Numbered from the stretch's first letter, positions 1 through 14,700 are shown. The stretch: DNA of 64,000 nucleotides from Phoronis australis (GCA_002633005.1 NMRA01000186.1:413479-477478); one strand, 5' to 3'. Program-made: numbers and translations. Notes: a model not told the origin generated them from the sequence alone.

Positions 1-150
1 ACACTTTATGAAAATCTGTTGAGAACCTTTGAAGATACAGACTGGTAAACGTAAAAATTAAAATTGCCACTTGGGGGCACACCAGTAATCAGGTCCGTAC
101 GAAAGTCCTCGTCGTCGGTTGTCAGCATCATATTAATGCACGTGCTAAAT
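1..150 (-). mobile_element. HINE array monomer fragment at window edge
   Basis: Matches the monomer GAAGATACA...AAATTGCCACT.GGGGGCACACC. Confidence 0.6.
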
Positions 151-1525
151 TAAAGTCTTAGTCTCAAAATGCCAATGTGGTTCCAGTATCCGAAAATACT
201 TACCAAACAAAATCTTATTTTCAACACCCTTTCGTTATATTCTTTTCGCCTTTCGTGCCAAAAGCGATTTTTTAACAGTATTTGATCCTTCTCTGTGAGC
301 GTATAATTACCGGCTATCATCGGTTATTTCCGTACTAACATTTCCGGCTTGTCAGTTCAGGAACTTGTCCTGAACGCCGCCATTTTTCCTTATAACTGAA
401 TGTGCTATCGCTTGCTCGAAAAGTCTTCATTATTTTGTTTTATTAGTAATATCTCGTGATTCGTTTGCATATGTAGTGTATTTATAATTTGTAGTTAGTG
501 TCGTTTTGAAAAAGTACTTTGCTATCATCGGAAAGGTAGTGCATTCTACTTTGTTTGGATCGCGTCGGCCATATTGGAGGTCAGCGGGATAAGTTACGAG
601 TTTAAAACTTTGTCTAAATTGTTTTCGCAAGCAAATTTAATAATCTTAATTTGAGAAATAAGCTATGTTGGATTGTGAAGCTTCAAGCCTCCAATTCTTG
701 TTCCTTGCAACTTCATATTTAATCATGCTTGTCAAATTCTGGTGTAAGGAAACACTATTCGGTCACCATGGTAATAGCTACATGTATGTCCACTTCCATA
801 TCATGGAAACTTTTGCTGTTGAATAGTGTTTGTAATGCTAAATGTTGTTAAGTATTGTGCATTTTAAGTTACTTATTATGTTAAAAGGTTGCATCAGTTT
901 GGCTTAATTAATAAAAAATTATAACATTTTGTATTGGACTTGTCATACTTATGTGCTCGAACAAGCCCCCTATTTGGAGAAATGGAAAAAGGTCTGCCTC
1001 AATCAGAGAAGCACGAACTCCAAAAAAAGTAGAAAACGAGACAATATTCCACTAGAAGACAGGAAGTACCAACATTTAGCGTCTGCATTCATAGCTCTGA
1101 ACATACCCAATGAATCTTATAGTAAAATGTAGACATTCCCAAAAATTCCATCCCCCCATTTCACTTAGGCTTGGTGCCCTCATACAAAGTCTGGGAAAAT
1201 CTCTGTTGGGCCAACAACTTTGCACAGTTCGCCAGAAGTACCCAAGTTCTAAATAAACCTCGTTTGAGCGAGCGCTGTGGTCAGCGACCAGGTAGGCCTA
1301 AGGGTAGCCTTGACGCAAAGCTGTATATGCCTACTAACAAGCTGTAGTTAGTCTTCATACTGGTAGCTGGCACTGAGGATAGCTAAGGGCTGCCGCGACA
1401 GTGTGACTCAGGACTAACCAGCCTGTATGATTTCATGCAAGTGTCTAAAACTACCTTTTGATATATGCGGCATTTATGATTTGAACAGTACTTAGACAAA
1501 ACAGCTTGCAACCGCATGCCTTTAA

Positions 1526-1640
1526 AGGAGAATGCCACCCGATTTAATTAGTTTTTTTTACCGTCTTAATCGGTCTATATCCACATCGCCTCTTATACGG
1601 TCGACCTCACCTTGCCGAGAGGTGTCGCTTTAACCTGTGA
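1526..1640. mobile_element. Terminal fragment of the same Kolobok-type family
   Basis: TTAA-AGGAGAATGCCACCCGATTTAATTAG... matches 47592-47705. Confidence 0.75.
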
Positions 1641-2260
1641 CACACCTGTAGTCAGATCGTCCTTCGTCATTAACACCATATAAATACACTAACGAAATTT
1701 ATAATAAAGATCCCACGACGGTTTATGAGATACAGCGGCGTAGGCGCAAAAAACCAAACTGCTACTAGGAGGCGCCAGTGGTCGAAATCGTCGGAAAATC
1801 ATCGTCAGCCGTCCTCTTCATAATAAGACCATACACGCCAATTTTAACAATCACTCTTTGAGCGGTTTGGTTGATAGAAAGTGGGAGCAAAAACAGACTC
1901 GAAAACTGTAAAAATGGCCACTAGGTGGCGCAAAGTACGTCGAATCCATCCAAAAACGGGATCGAGGTAGCGTCATCTCACTGAATTAATACCAAGTTTT
2001 ATGAAAATCCGTTCAGGACTTTTGAATTTACAGAGGTAAACGTAAAAAAATAAAATTGCCCGTAGGGAGCACACCAGTAGTTGGAACCGTCAAAATTAAA
2101 GTTCACTCAGTGCCGTCCGGAAGAAACACTTGTGCAAAATTTCACAAACATACGTCAAGGCGTTTTGGAGATAGGGCAGCGGACGCCGGACGGACGGACG
2201 AACGGAAGAAAGAGATGGCGGCATAATGCATCCACACATAAATAAGTAGGCGCACAAAAA
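1641..2260 (-). mobile_element. Truncated HINE copy (5' terminus plus ~4 monomers)
   Basis: Close similarity to 21900-22554, including the GGAC microsatellite and terminus. Confidence 0.75.
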
Positions 2261-5200
2261 TGGGACCAATATCCTTACTAAATTCAAGTTATAAATTATT
2301 ATCAGCATGCATTGCACAAAGGATAAAATCTGTTTTACTTCATCCTAATCAAACTGGGTTTCTCCCAGGTCGTTTTTTCTAACACCAAAGTGATTTATGT
2401 CATCTTACAATATATTCAAGTTAAGGATTTTCCCCGACTTCTGGTATTCATTGAATTGGAAAAGCCTTTGATTCTGTGTCCTGGGAAGGTTCTACATTAT
2501 TTCAATTTTGGTGAGTAACGAAATTATTCGTCGGTTCACAACTTTGGGTCATTCAGTATGGCTTTACAGGCCCGTAGGAAGGAAAAAAAATATTGGGGGG
2601 AAACAAATCAATTTGACATAGCCAACCAACCATCTTGCTATCGCCACCCTCCCCCGTTCTCTGGATGTCACCATAATTGATGAAACTCTGCCAGTAGCCC
2701 AATTTATGGTTGTTGGGGAAAATGATACAGAGTGTGTCCCAAAAATGTACACACTTCAACGTCTGGAGTTCAAATTCAGTTCCCATGGGTAACTGAGATT
2801 CTAAGCAGGCCTACTGCATGGTTACACGTAACGTGGGTGTGCCTGTCATGACGTGCTCGTGCATACACGCACCTAAGGAAGGGGGGAGGGGGGCTTGGGG
2901 GGCTCGATGGCAAAGTGGGAAAAAAGCTCCGCCTCAGAACAACGAGGAGAAAAGTCCACTAAAAAGGCAGGATTCGGCGTATGCACAATTCATAGCCCTG
3001 GACGAACCCCGTATTTGTTTTTTCTTTAGTAAAAGGTCCACATCCTCAAAAATCCGAGCCCCCTTATATTTTAGGCTGGGTGCGCGCATGCCGTGTGTGT
3101 AGTATGTACGGGAAATACAAGCAAACGAAAGAAAGAAAATTCATGGCGCAATACTACTGGAAACCAAAAACATCAAGGAAGTTCTAAGACAACCTTTCCA
3201 AGTTGATGATCAATAAGTTTGATTTTATTTATTTAAGTACTGAAACTTTGTTTTCGATCTACAGTTTGTAAACTTAAAACCAGTAATCTAGTTCGTAAGC
3301 CAATAAACACTTTTTTGTCATTTCAATTGTGAGAACATTTTAGAACACATTGTTGTTCAGCTGTCCGAAATTCATCAATTTCCTTGAGACTTGTTTCAGA
3401 TGGACATAAATCGTTTAGTGTACATTTATATTTGGGGATCTGGTGATAGATCGAATTTTCCCAATGTCGGCCTGCAATTAAGTTCATTGAAGTATTGTCA
3501 TTTCTTACAAGTTTAGCTTCTAATTGTCAAAAATCATCTCTCAATCAATCCATTTTCGTAGATACACTGTACGTAAACATGTAAATCAGAAACCAAGAAT
3601 CAAATCCATGAGCAATGCGTTTACCTTGATTTAATGACTTAATTCCTTTTTGATCCCCTGTTAGTGACTTTAAACAACAAATCTTGTACCGAAGTAAAAA
3701 AGCAATGCCTTTATTGACATTTGAATTGTGAACAATTTTTTTGGGAAGTGTTCAAATTTCATCAATGTTTTTGAGACTTATTTCAGATAGGCAAAAAGCG
3801 TCCACGTGCACTTTACTATTTGAGGATCGGATCATATTTTTTCTATATTCAAGATTCAACTAAATTCCCCGAATCATCATTTCTTAAAAGGTTAGCTTCT
3901 AATTGCCAAAAATCACCTATTTACCTGTAAATCAGAAACCAACGAATTTGTTGATCAAAACGGAATGTTATAAGCAATCTCCGCAGGCATGCTCGCAGAT
4001 TTTTGACGGGTAACCGGGCGAAATAGGAGATTGGGCATTCATAGTTAGGTGTAGTTTTGCTCTTTCCAAGTTACTTATAACGGTTCACGAGTTTAAATTG
4101 ACCTAAAAAACGCTGAAATATTTGTTAAATTTCTTTATTATTGCGAGTATTTGAGTACCCTCTTTCGACATGTACACGGTCACCCCAATGGTAGCCTCGA
4201 CAGCAGTGTTTCCACATATGTGGGAATTCCTTACAAACAACTCATGGTAACCATCTTCAAAAGAGATACTATTCTTGTGATAATACGGGGAACAGTAACA
4301 TTATTTTATAAATAACCATCGGAAATAGTCCTTTTGTGTAATTAACAAACAACGGTCTTTATGTTCTTTAAAATTACCGACTCACTTTCGATGTCGGTCA
4401 GCCTTCACTGTATTTTTTCACATTTTTTGGTTGTTTGGGCCTAATGTCTTGATACTGCTGTGCTGTGCACGAATGTTTTGTGTTTTTTGATGAATTTCGA
4501 ATCAAAATTTCCCTCGTGAATACTTGGCAGTGCATAGAGGGACAAAGGGACATTTCTCCGAACTGCTCCACCGAGAGAGGGTCCCGTCTGAAATGGGACA
4601 ACTTAATTATGAAAAGCTAAACATCATTAAGCTTGGAAAAGAGTGACAGTTCATTCCACCGTCGTGTGGTCAGACGACGTCGCAGGAAGTGACCTTCTTC
4701 AACATGAAAGTTGCACGGTTTCACAAAAAACAGGAAAATAGACGTAATCGAGTCCAACATTGGGTCCTCTGTCCGAGAGCGTACAGTACCCTTAGGAATT
4801 TGTCAATAGAAACATGAAAACTGTGGCCACTTGAATGTCATCAATAGCCTCCTTCAGACGTGGGGCCGATCTGTGTGAAAATATCTACAGTACATATCAA
4901 GAATCGCGAAATGTGCAGCAATTGATGATATCTGTCAGGTCATCAATTTTTCTCAAGTGATATGTGGCAATTCGAGAAAAAAAGAGACAGTTGTCTCCGT
5001 TATCCCTTGACAAAGAGGGCCCTCTGGAAAAATATGGTTTTGCAGTCGCAAAATTGACTTAATGAATCGAAAAATCCCTTAAATTAATACGCTCCGCAAA
5101 AGCTTCGCTTTACAAATTTTGTCAATTTTTCGAAATATGTGCATGAATCATTACGTGCACGTTTCCAACTGCACTTAGACGACCTGTGGTGTGAAAGCGG

Positions 5201-7320
5201 AACCCTAATAACAACGTCCTGGCCAGGGTCCTCTGCACTGATACAGAGTTGTTAGATGTTCTCTCGAGTTTTCTCTGTTATCCGCATTTAGCAGTCTTTC
5301 TTTTCTCATCTGTCCCCGCCCCACGCATATGTCGGTTGCCAGGGTTTAACCCTGAGGCCTGAATTTTTTTTTTTTTGGGGGGGCGTGCCCCCCGCTTCCT
5401 ACGGCCCTGCTTTACGTCTAACTATTTTACATTTACCAATGTTGCAGACGAGGGGATTCCCTTTCACCTTATCCTTATCCGAAATTATGGCATCTATGTT
5501 GATGCAATGCGAGAATGTTAAAGGCATAATATTAGGTTGTTTAGAGTATAAATTAATGCACTATGCAGACGACACGGTCCTCTTTCTAGATGGTTCAGAG
5601 GCCTCTTTAAAATTGTCACTTAACCTTCTTGATCAGTTTGCTAAGTATTCTGGTTTGACACCCAATATCGGTAAAACTGTTAGTATATGAAATGATTCCA
5701 AGATATTTTGTGGTGATAAGCTTTGCCGTGAAAAAGATTTAAAATTGACAAGTTCCTAGTTCACATCCCTTGGAATTACCCTCTCTGTCAACTTACAGGA
5801 CATAATTCACGTAAACTATGATGTAAAATTGAAAGAGGTTAGAAAAGGCATTGAAAATTGGTCAAAAAGAAATTTAACCACCTTTAGTAAGAAAGCGGTT
5901 GTCAAATCTTTTTCATCACCAAAACTTATTCACCTCTTTTACACTTCCTCTTCCAAGTGCTACTTTTTAGGAAATTGAAAAAAATATTTTTTAATTATAT
6001 ATGGTGTACCTCTTCCGATAGAATCTCTAGAAATAACATGGTACAGAAATCTGAAGATGGAGATGGGAATATGGTCATTTGTCAAAGCTATTAAACTGAC
6101 GTGGATTCGGAGATTCTTCAAAAATTATTATAACAATACTCCTTGGCTAAACATTTTCTGTGAAATTATTCCCAATATAAAAATGACTCTCTTCAGTTAG
6201 GTTCTTGTTTTTTCCTTGAAGTATATCTAACCGTACTAAGAATATTTTTGGAAGGATATTTTTTATATCTTATACGAGTTCATCAATCTGTGCGAGACAC
6301 ACGACCCTTTGTACCAACCTTTGTGGTATAACCCCAAAACTTGTATAGACAGTAGTCCAATTTTTGGAACGAGTGGTTTCAAAAGGGTATACAGTACGTA
6401 TACGATTTAATTGACTCTGGTAAAGGATATATTTATGATTATCATACCTTTTGTACACGTTTTCAATTTTGTCCGTTTATTACTCATTTTATGGAATACG
6501 AAATTCAATACATCGAACGTTTTTGGAATCATCTAAGAGACATAAGTATTATAGTCACTCCATTTTTTCCAGAACCTATTTTTCGAGTCTCCTCGGAAAA
6601 TAAAGAGACGGAGAAAATCTGTCAATTATCCATTTCCAAATTGTATATTAAACACGTCGCGGAATTGAAGTGGGAGAGAGAAATTAAATTATGCGATGAT
6701 TCTCAGTCTTGGAAAAAATGCATTCTGTAATTTATCATTGTACTTCTGATGTCAGACTCAGATGGTTTAAATTCTGTATCAACCACAGACTTATTGGTAC
6801 AAACTCTTATTTAAAGAAAATAGGTGTTAGTGAATCGTCTTTATGCTCTTTCTGTGAGCAATAGATGAAACAATTCTACATTTGTATTGGGAATGTCCAC
6901 TTGTTCAGAAGTTTTGGGGATGTTTAAAACATAGATGATAAATCAGTGCAATTTCCCTCTGCAGTTAAATAATGTCTACCGCCTTGTTTGGAGACCCAGC
7001 CTGTAGATTAGAACTTGTAATTTTAATTCTTTGCTTAGCGAAATTTCATTCAAATAGGCAAAGGCTGCAAAAGGCTAAGCCCAAATTTCAGTCATTTTTA
7101 CATGAGGTATGTGAGTACCACAACCTGGAAAAAATTATTTACAATTACAAATTGGCTCCTGATAGATTTCAGGTAAAGTGGTCTTCTTTTTTGCCTAGCA
7201 ACTAGCTTTTATAGGGTTCTATAATGTTCGTAAATTGTTGATGTAATTGACTAGATTTCATATTGCTGAACAACTATGTACTAGTTGGTTGAATTAATAA
7301 ATTTTTAATTCAAAAAAAGA
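2261..7320 (+). mobile_element. Decayed L1/Tx1-like LINE (RT plus C-terminal Cys/His region), split by an insertion at 2567-5409
   Basis: PISLLNSSYKLLS, HPNQTGFLPGR, KAFDSVSW, CRRGDSLSPY, YADDTVLFL, CSFC..ETILHLYWECP; ends with AATAAA and an A-rich tail; many stops and frameshifts. Confidence 0.85.
2567..5409. mobile_element. 2.8-kb TIR DNA element with a 5-bp target duplication (hAT-like termini)
   Basis: TIRs CAGGCCCGTAGGAAG / CTTCCTACGGCCCTG (14/15); CTTTA on both sides; the LINE RT frame resumes across it. Confidence 0.75.
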
Positions 7321-7563
7321 ATAGTATATGTAGAGAGGGAGTGGTAGAGCGAAAGAGATTTTAAAATTAAACACCAACATCCAATATTTCCAAACATTAA
7401 TATAACTGTACAAAAACTCATATAGCCCAACACTGTGCAGACCTAATTCATAGGGTACAAGACTTTGCTCTGCATCGACTAAAGGTGTTCTGTAATCTTA
7501 CGCAAAATTGGTTGAGCACTCAACACTTATCATTATTAACAATCTTTAGTCTTTCTATTCTTA

Positions 7564-8200
7564 TCCTCGGAACAAAGTTCGATACTCAATAGAACATTGC
7601 TAAAGAAACTAAGGACAAGACATGATTAAAAGACATGATATTTTGAAACATACATGTACTCATTCTCAGGTGGAAATAAAATGAAGCAGTAATACCACCA
7701 CAGAGCGGAAGCTGGGAACATACAGGGCAGGTGTGAAATACTGCAAAGAATGACAAATGAAAGGGAGGAACAGGAAAGTCACCCACACAAGTGTAGCCTA
7801 AGGCGCGACCCTGTTTGTTGCTCATTGAAAACAGACTTGTTGAATGCTATCAAAAGGGACTACAATACTTTCAATTGCAGCACACTGTGCTCTATATACC
7901 AAACTGACGTGTTGTCTACAATTTCTTGGCGGGTAGTTTTACATTCATTACATTGCAAAAAATGTATGGCGGCATTGTGAAGATGCATAGATAACCGATG
8001 GGAAAAACAGCAAACTGTTTAGCCAATGTAACATTGCTTGACATTTGAATGCAGACAATCATTCATAGAAAATACAAACTAGTAAACAACACTGCACTGG
8101 GCAACGGAGTGGACGTTCGCTTTACAAATGTTATTTTTCATGACGAAGTTGGAGGATTTCCTATTCCAATTATAAATAATGACATCAAGGATTACAAACT
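7564..8200. mobile_element. Inverted, truncated copy of the 16337-17001 MITE, just downstream of the NOM1 stop codon
   Basis: Same TIR at 7564; internal sequence matches the reverse complement of 16400-16930. Confidence 0.7.
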
Positions 8201-8493
8201 TTTAACATTATCCCTAATGATTTTCTTAATGACGAATTCCTCCTGGAGGCAATTATTAGACACAACATTTTTGTAAAATACCTTTTTGGTCACACCGGTC
8301 CAACCTGCTGTGGATTCACAATTAACTTTGGACATGAATGGACCAATAGGATGGTCTACAAAAAAATTGGTGAAGACACTATTCTTTTCAATTGAACATT
8401 ATTGAGGACGTTGGTATGAGACCTGAGACAAGTTCTCAATGTACAAGAACCAGACACCAAACAACTGCTGTACTAAAACTAAAAATTTGTCTT

Positions 8494-8769
8494 TTAAAAC
8501 TTCATTTGTGTCTCTGCAAACTGCAGAGCATGCTCTGCAATAACAACATTCTCTTTGACTGTCCTCGAAATTTCCAATTTGGACTTCTTCCTCAATAAGA
8601 AATGATGCATAAATAAGCGAAGACCTTCCCTCAACATGTGCAACTTTGGGAAGGTTGCAATGCGAGTGAAGACTTCTGTTACTACAGTACTCGACTGGTC
8701 CAGGATTGAAAGTAATACACGACGTAGAAAATGCACTCTTGTCTTGTTGAGTTCACTGAATTCAAGGAC
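8494..8769 (-). CDS. NOM1: NOM1 last coding exon 15
   Basis: VLEFSELNKTRVHFLR...LREGLRLFMHHFLL...MKF-stop. Confidence 0.93.
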   Translation of the reverse strand, partial: VLEFSELNKTRVHFLRRVLLSILDQSSTVVTEVFTRIATFPKLHMLREGLRLFMHHFLLRKKSKLEISRTVKENVVIAEHALQFAETQMKF

Positions 8770-11700
8770 CTGAAGAAAAATCAAGAAATCAAACATCTCA
8801 AGGTCAGCATTTTAACATAAGCACACACATTTGTAAAAAATTAAATCAATTACAGGACTCACTGATTGAGTTGGCCTGCTGAAGTCCTCGCGAGGAGTAC
8901 ACAACGTAACCATCGCAATGCGTAAGTCCAATAATGGGTTTTAAATTTTCTATATATTATTACTCAACTGGATGGATGACTGAAAGTATTCATCGCATAA
9001 GCACAATCACCTAACCTTTAAAAAGTTTAGGAACATGCGTTTATATGTGAAACAGTAAATATTAAAAAAGCTCTTTGAAAAAGTATTAAATTCTGATACA
9101 GGTGCACGGGCCAAAACACACATAAACAGAGATACATATTGCAGTATGTTAATTCATGTTCGAGAGCTAAAGAATCAAGGCCAGAGACTGAACTTTTTCA
9201 GTCTTAAAGTTACTAAACAATCAAAAATACCCAGACTGAGTAATTCTGATTGTTTTGGCAACCGTCAAAAAGTACTACACAAAAAATATTAAAACAAACG
9301 TATATTAATTTTCAGTTCAACATACTCTTAGAAAGTCACCAATAATGTGTGAATAAAATCTCCTGCACACTCGAGAAAATTGTTAAAAAATTTCAGGACT
9401 GCTAAATAGCGCTAGTATTAGATACACATAATAATTTACATGAAGCCTTAAGTTGACAATTTGACAATTTACTTTACCCTGTAAGACAGTACATTTCCAA
9501 TCAGCTGATAAAACGTGATTTACAAAGTAGACACAAAGGACTTCTGTATTGGATAAACCCACAGAAGTCAATGACCTTTTTACATCTTCTTTAATGGAAA
9601 ACTTCAGATCCTTTGACTGGACTGCAACTCCAGAATAGTTCTCAAGTTTTGAGTAAGCCTTGAAGGGATTTGACTAGACTGACGGTTACCACTCTACACA
9701 TATTACTGGTCGATTAAGAACAATTTGAAGTAAGTCTCTGAGTAATTTAAGAGTCTGAGTAAAGTTTGGTGATCCTGGGCCCAGATTGTTCAGTAACATG
9801 TAAGCACATAACAGGCATTTTGTGGTGAGAAATACTCTGTCGATATTAAGTTCATTCACAAATGGACATGATTGTCTTGTAAGAGTAGAAAGTCTAGAGG
9901 CAACAATTGGCTAAAAGTACAGTACCCACGCGAAAGTTTCACAATTTTATAAAATCTGGAGTCTAGTATTAATGCATTATTTTGGCATACACCCAGGAAA
10001 ATAAGTTGATTCAAGAAAATTATACCAGACAATGGGACATCTTGACTTAAATGGAACTTGAGCCATACCTTGAAAATTGACAATGAAATGGATTTAGCGA
10101 TCAACAGGTGTGTTAACAAGTGAGAGAAGTTCTCCCTGTTATGCTCAGGTAGTGTATCCAATTCTTTGAATTTATCCCAGGTACTGAACTGGAATGTCAT
10201 CTGTAACACAAAGCAAACAAGTAGTGACGACATGCATACAACAAACAAGTAGTGACGACATGCATACAACAAACAAGTGGTGACGACATGCATACAACAA
10301 ACAAGTAGTGACGACATGCATACAACAAACAAGTAGTGACGACATTCATAAAACAAACAAGTGGTGACGACATGCATACAACAAACAAGTAGTGACGACA
10401 TGCATACAACAAACAAGTAGTGACGACATGCATACAACAAACAAGTGGTGACGACATGCACACAATATATATATATATATATATATATTGAGCATTTGTC
10501 ACCTGGGAAAACACTTCCTATGACAAGCTACAGTTGAAATGAGTTCCTTGTGTAAACAGAAGTCAGATGGATATGTCTAAAAGTGACCTCTTAGTTAAAA
10601 TCACCAAGATCTGCACATGAGACCCTTGTTACACTAACGCCACCTATTGATGTTTGATTCATCCATATCAGACATATTGTGTAATACATCCTGCCTCGCT
10701 GGGCAAAATAACTTAGGCTGAAAACCAAAAAAATACACTTAAGCACTAAAGCAGTGAGTAGAAAGTATGCGTTTCAGTCTGAGTTTAAGCTAAGTTGAGA
10801 AACGGAGTCCCATGCAAAAACAATACAAGGACAACATGCCCACAACTGCACCACAAACTGTATGCTTCCAGCGGCATTAATTAGTATATAAAATGGCCAC
10901 TAGGTGGAGCAGAATATGTCAAACCCTTTAGAATGGAAAGGTGTGGTGGTCTCCTTAAGACAAATCATTTTGGCAAATTTCATGGATCTCCATCGAAGAA
11001 CTCCTAAGATACAAGAAACAAGTTTAAGAAATTGATAAAGCTGTCACTAGGAGGCACAGAGGGTCCTTTCATAAGAAATTAACAGAATCAGGATAAAGTT
11101 CATAGGAATAAGTTTGTATAATTTCACAAAGACTTGTAAGCAGTTTGGGAGACACAGCTGAGCAAAAAAAATTGGAGGTACCAAAACAGTTGGATCTGTC
11201 CAAAAATCAATGTCACTTATGCAGGAAAACATCTGTTAATTTTCTGAATGGTCCTTTGAGCAGTTTGGTAGGTAGAGGGCAGCAAAAACAGACTGAAAAA
11301 TAATAAAACTAGCCACTGCATGGTGCAGAATACATGTGCGTATGATCCATGCAAAATAGAAAAATGTTTTTGTCTGACAGAAACGCAAATGCCTAATTTC
11401 CTGATACAAATGAACACATAAAAAATAAAACCTTCCCTAGGGGGCACAGCGATAGTCATATCATCTGAAAGTTGTCGACATCCAATGCAAAATTCATCAA
11501 AAACACTTGCCAAAGATCCTATAAGAGGTTAAGGAAATATAGCCGTGGACACAAACAGCACAATTGCACTTGAGGGCACCATGGTAGATAAACCAGCCAG
11601 AAAATTTTTAACAGACAAGGCCTCAGCAGGAACACAGTTGACAGTTTTCATAATAATCCTTTGAATGGTTTGGCAAATGGAAAAGCAGACACCAAACACC

Positions 11701-14700
11701 AAACTTGCAAATAATCAAAATGGCCACCAAGTGGCACAGAATACCTTACACCCATCTATGAATTTAAAACACTCAATGGCTAAACTTTAAGAAAATCTAT
11801 CAAGGATATCAGAGGATACAGACGAAAATGTAAAATAAAATTGCCACTACAGACACAGCAGTAGTCAGATCCATCTGAAAGTCCTAGTCTTCAGTCGCCA
11901 GCTCCATTGGAACGTATCTGATACATGTAACTTCAATGAAGACCCTCCCACAACACCCAAACAGAGATGACAGCAATGCGCACCCAAATATGCATATGTG
12001 GGCACGTAAAATGGATGCTCAGGTGTTCCACGCAATGGGTCTGAATGTATGGCTTGCACGAGACTTGTACCACAAAAGGCACTAGACTACCTGTACCCAA
12101 ATATCTTCGTTTCCTTAGAGCTACTAGTGTAGCTGACTAAAAACACAAATTGAATTACCATATTCGCCCTAATACCCACCCAGGGTGCTTAGAAAAATTC
12201 GGTTGAAACTTGGTCTATGAAACAGGTGAAATCGGAAGCTAAGATTCATCATATTTACGCTCTGTGACGTATCTGTAACCTACAACAGAAGACTTTCTAC
12301 AAAATTGTGCATTGCTAACAAACTTTGCAGTTAAATTACGATCATTTTACAGAAATTTGTGCTGAAATCCCAGGGTGAAAACTCGCTGACTGACTGCCTG
12401 GAAATCGTCGATATGGAGACTTGAATGCTTGAATAAAAATACAGTTTCTACTCAAGCAAATTACCTGAAATCCTCCTTAGGTTTTTCAAATAACGTCCCT
12501 AAGGTTTTAAGTTCCCGTGGAGTCGGGATTGATGGCATGTTAAGTACAAATCTGTGCTACATTCAGCCATGTATGATCAGCAACACGAGGAAAATCTTTG
12601 GACGAACAAACATGTTGTTGTCACGTGACGTTTGTGTTGAAGTTCGTCTGCATGTGTGAGTAAGCGAGCGTATCCATCTCACCAGAGTTCATTTGCCTGA
12701 GTTGACGTAATCTAACGACCTAGATGTGCATCGTATCTAAAGAAATTACATGTAGCACAAGCAGTAGGCCTAAAGCATAATGCGTTTCATTCAGCACTTG
12801 CCTGTCTCATGTGTTTAAAACGTTCGACATTATTTGTCTCGGTAAGGCCCATATTACTCACCGTGTGACTGGATGCATACGTGACTATCTGACAGTTATT
12901 TTTCAGTGTAAGGGTGTGTAAGCATTCACTGTAAGTGGACATTTTATCAGATATTTGGCTTAAAAACACCAGTTATGATAAATCAAACAATCCCTCTTAA
13001 AAATAACACAAAATTTTTTATAATATTAGAAACTGTCGGAAATTAGTGCCAACATTCATTTCTTGTCGATGCTACATGCATGCTACCCATTTCATGAATG
13101 GATAGTTCCCGACTAATATGTCTTTGATGACAGGTACATGTATGTAGCGTGCGCTTCCTGACCAAGGTTTTATTAGTCTTCGATTCGCAGTTTTCATGTG
13201 AAAAAAGAAATTTGGATTCCTGTTGAGGGTGGGAAATATCTACAATACAATCCTGTTGACAAGTACGCTACGTCAGTTCTGAAATTGAAAGGCCAAACCA
13301 TAGTGGGACGCATTCCTCGCAAGAACAGCAAAACATTTGTGTTCGTTTTGAGGCACGGCGGAAGTTTCAAGTGTATAGTCATGGCTAAATACTGACATAG
13401 TTGTTACCCCTGTTTTTAAAGATGGTGAAAAGTCAAGTTGCGAAAATTATAGACCAATATCGGTCCTCCCTGCAATGTCCAAAATTCTTGAAAGGTGTGT
13501 TCAAAAGCAGCTTCACCAGTTCCTGGAAAAAAATTCCCTTCTCTCGTTAGCACAGTCTGGTTTCCGCCCCTTGCATTCCACTCTTACTACAAACATTCAT
13601 GCTACTGAGTTTATCTTTAATAATATGGATCAGGGGAGGCTAACTGGTGCTGTCTTTGTTGACCTTAAGAAAGCCTTTGACACTGTGGACCATGGTATCC
13701 TATTGCAGAAACTAGAGTCTTATGGAGTTAATGATAACAAACTCCTTTGGTTTAGAAACTACTTATACGACCGTAAACAGGCCACCAAATACGGTAGTAA
13801 ACCTTCTGACTACTCAACCGTAATCATGGGGGTACCTCAGGGTTCCATTTTGGGCCCTCTATTATTCACTATTTTTGTTAACGACCTCCCTACTGTCCTC
13901 CACAACAGTGTCCCAGTTTTATACGCTGATGACACTGCAATTATGTCCGCAGCTGGGTCGGTAAAAGAACTCGAAACTTCTCTCAACGATGAGCTAGCCC
14001 TTATCCACGACTGGCTGATTCAAAATAAACTCACTCTTAACGTTAGTAAAACCAAGTCGATGCTGTTTGGAACCCACCAGAAATTAAAACAACAAAAACT
14101 ATTCCTTTCTATCAACGGTTCTCCCATCGAGAATATTGACAAGTTTAAGTACTTTGGCCTTACTTTAGATCCCAATCTTAAATTTAATATGCACATAGAT
14201 CATATCACAAAGAAATTATCTAAGAAAATCAGTGTACTTAAACGTTAAGGCAAATTTCTTAATGTCAGAACTCTTAAGACCCTTTACCATTCTATTATTC
14301 AGCCTCATATTGATTATTGTTTACCGGTTTGGGGGCACACTAGTGACACACTTGTCAGCAAAGTCCAAGTAATCCAAAATAGAGCCGCCAGGGCTATCCT
14401 GGGTACTGAAATTAGGGACACTAAGGTTGACGACTTGTATTCCAAGCTGGGATTTATGAAAATAAGACAAAGAAATAAATATCTCTCTGCCTGTTGTATG
14501 TACAGATGTATCAATGGCTTGGCTCCAGCATATCTCAGCAGTAAATTCAATAGCAGCCAGGCTGTATATTCTACACGTTTTTCTGTTGCTGGTAATGTTT
14601 ATTCTAAAAGAATTAAAACCGAGACGGGCAAAAGATCTTTTATCTATGCAGCTGCTATAATATGGAATTCTTTTAGCCCAGAAATTAAACGGTCCAATTC

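Noticed and set aside
3960-5300. Decayed hAT transposase inside the 2567-5409 element
   Set aside because: Only vague motif echoes; no catalytic or dimerisation motif could be read with confidence.
10213-10463. CRISPR-like appearance of short regular repeats (also 41390-41577, 56634-57218, 59633-60205)
   Set aside because: The units are head-to-tail with no unique spacers, there are no cas genes, and the context is eukaryotic introns; these are ordinary minisatellites.
13475-14248. 257-aa RT ORF as a domesticated gene or prokaryotic retron/DGR-type RT
   Set aside because: It has CR1/L2-type motifs, is 5'-truncated, has an in-frame stop and ends in an (AATA)n tail; it is a dead LINE copy.
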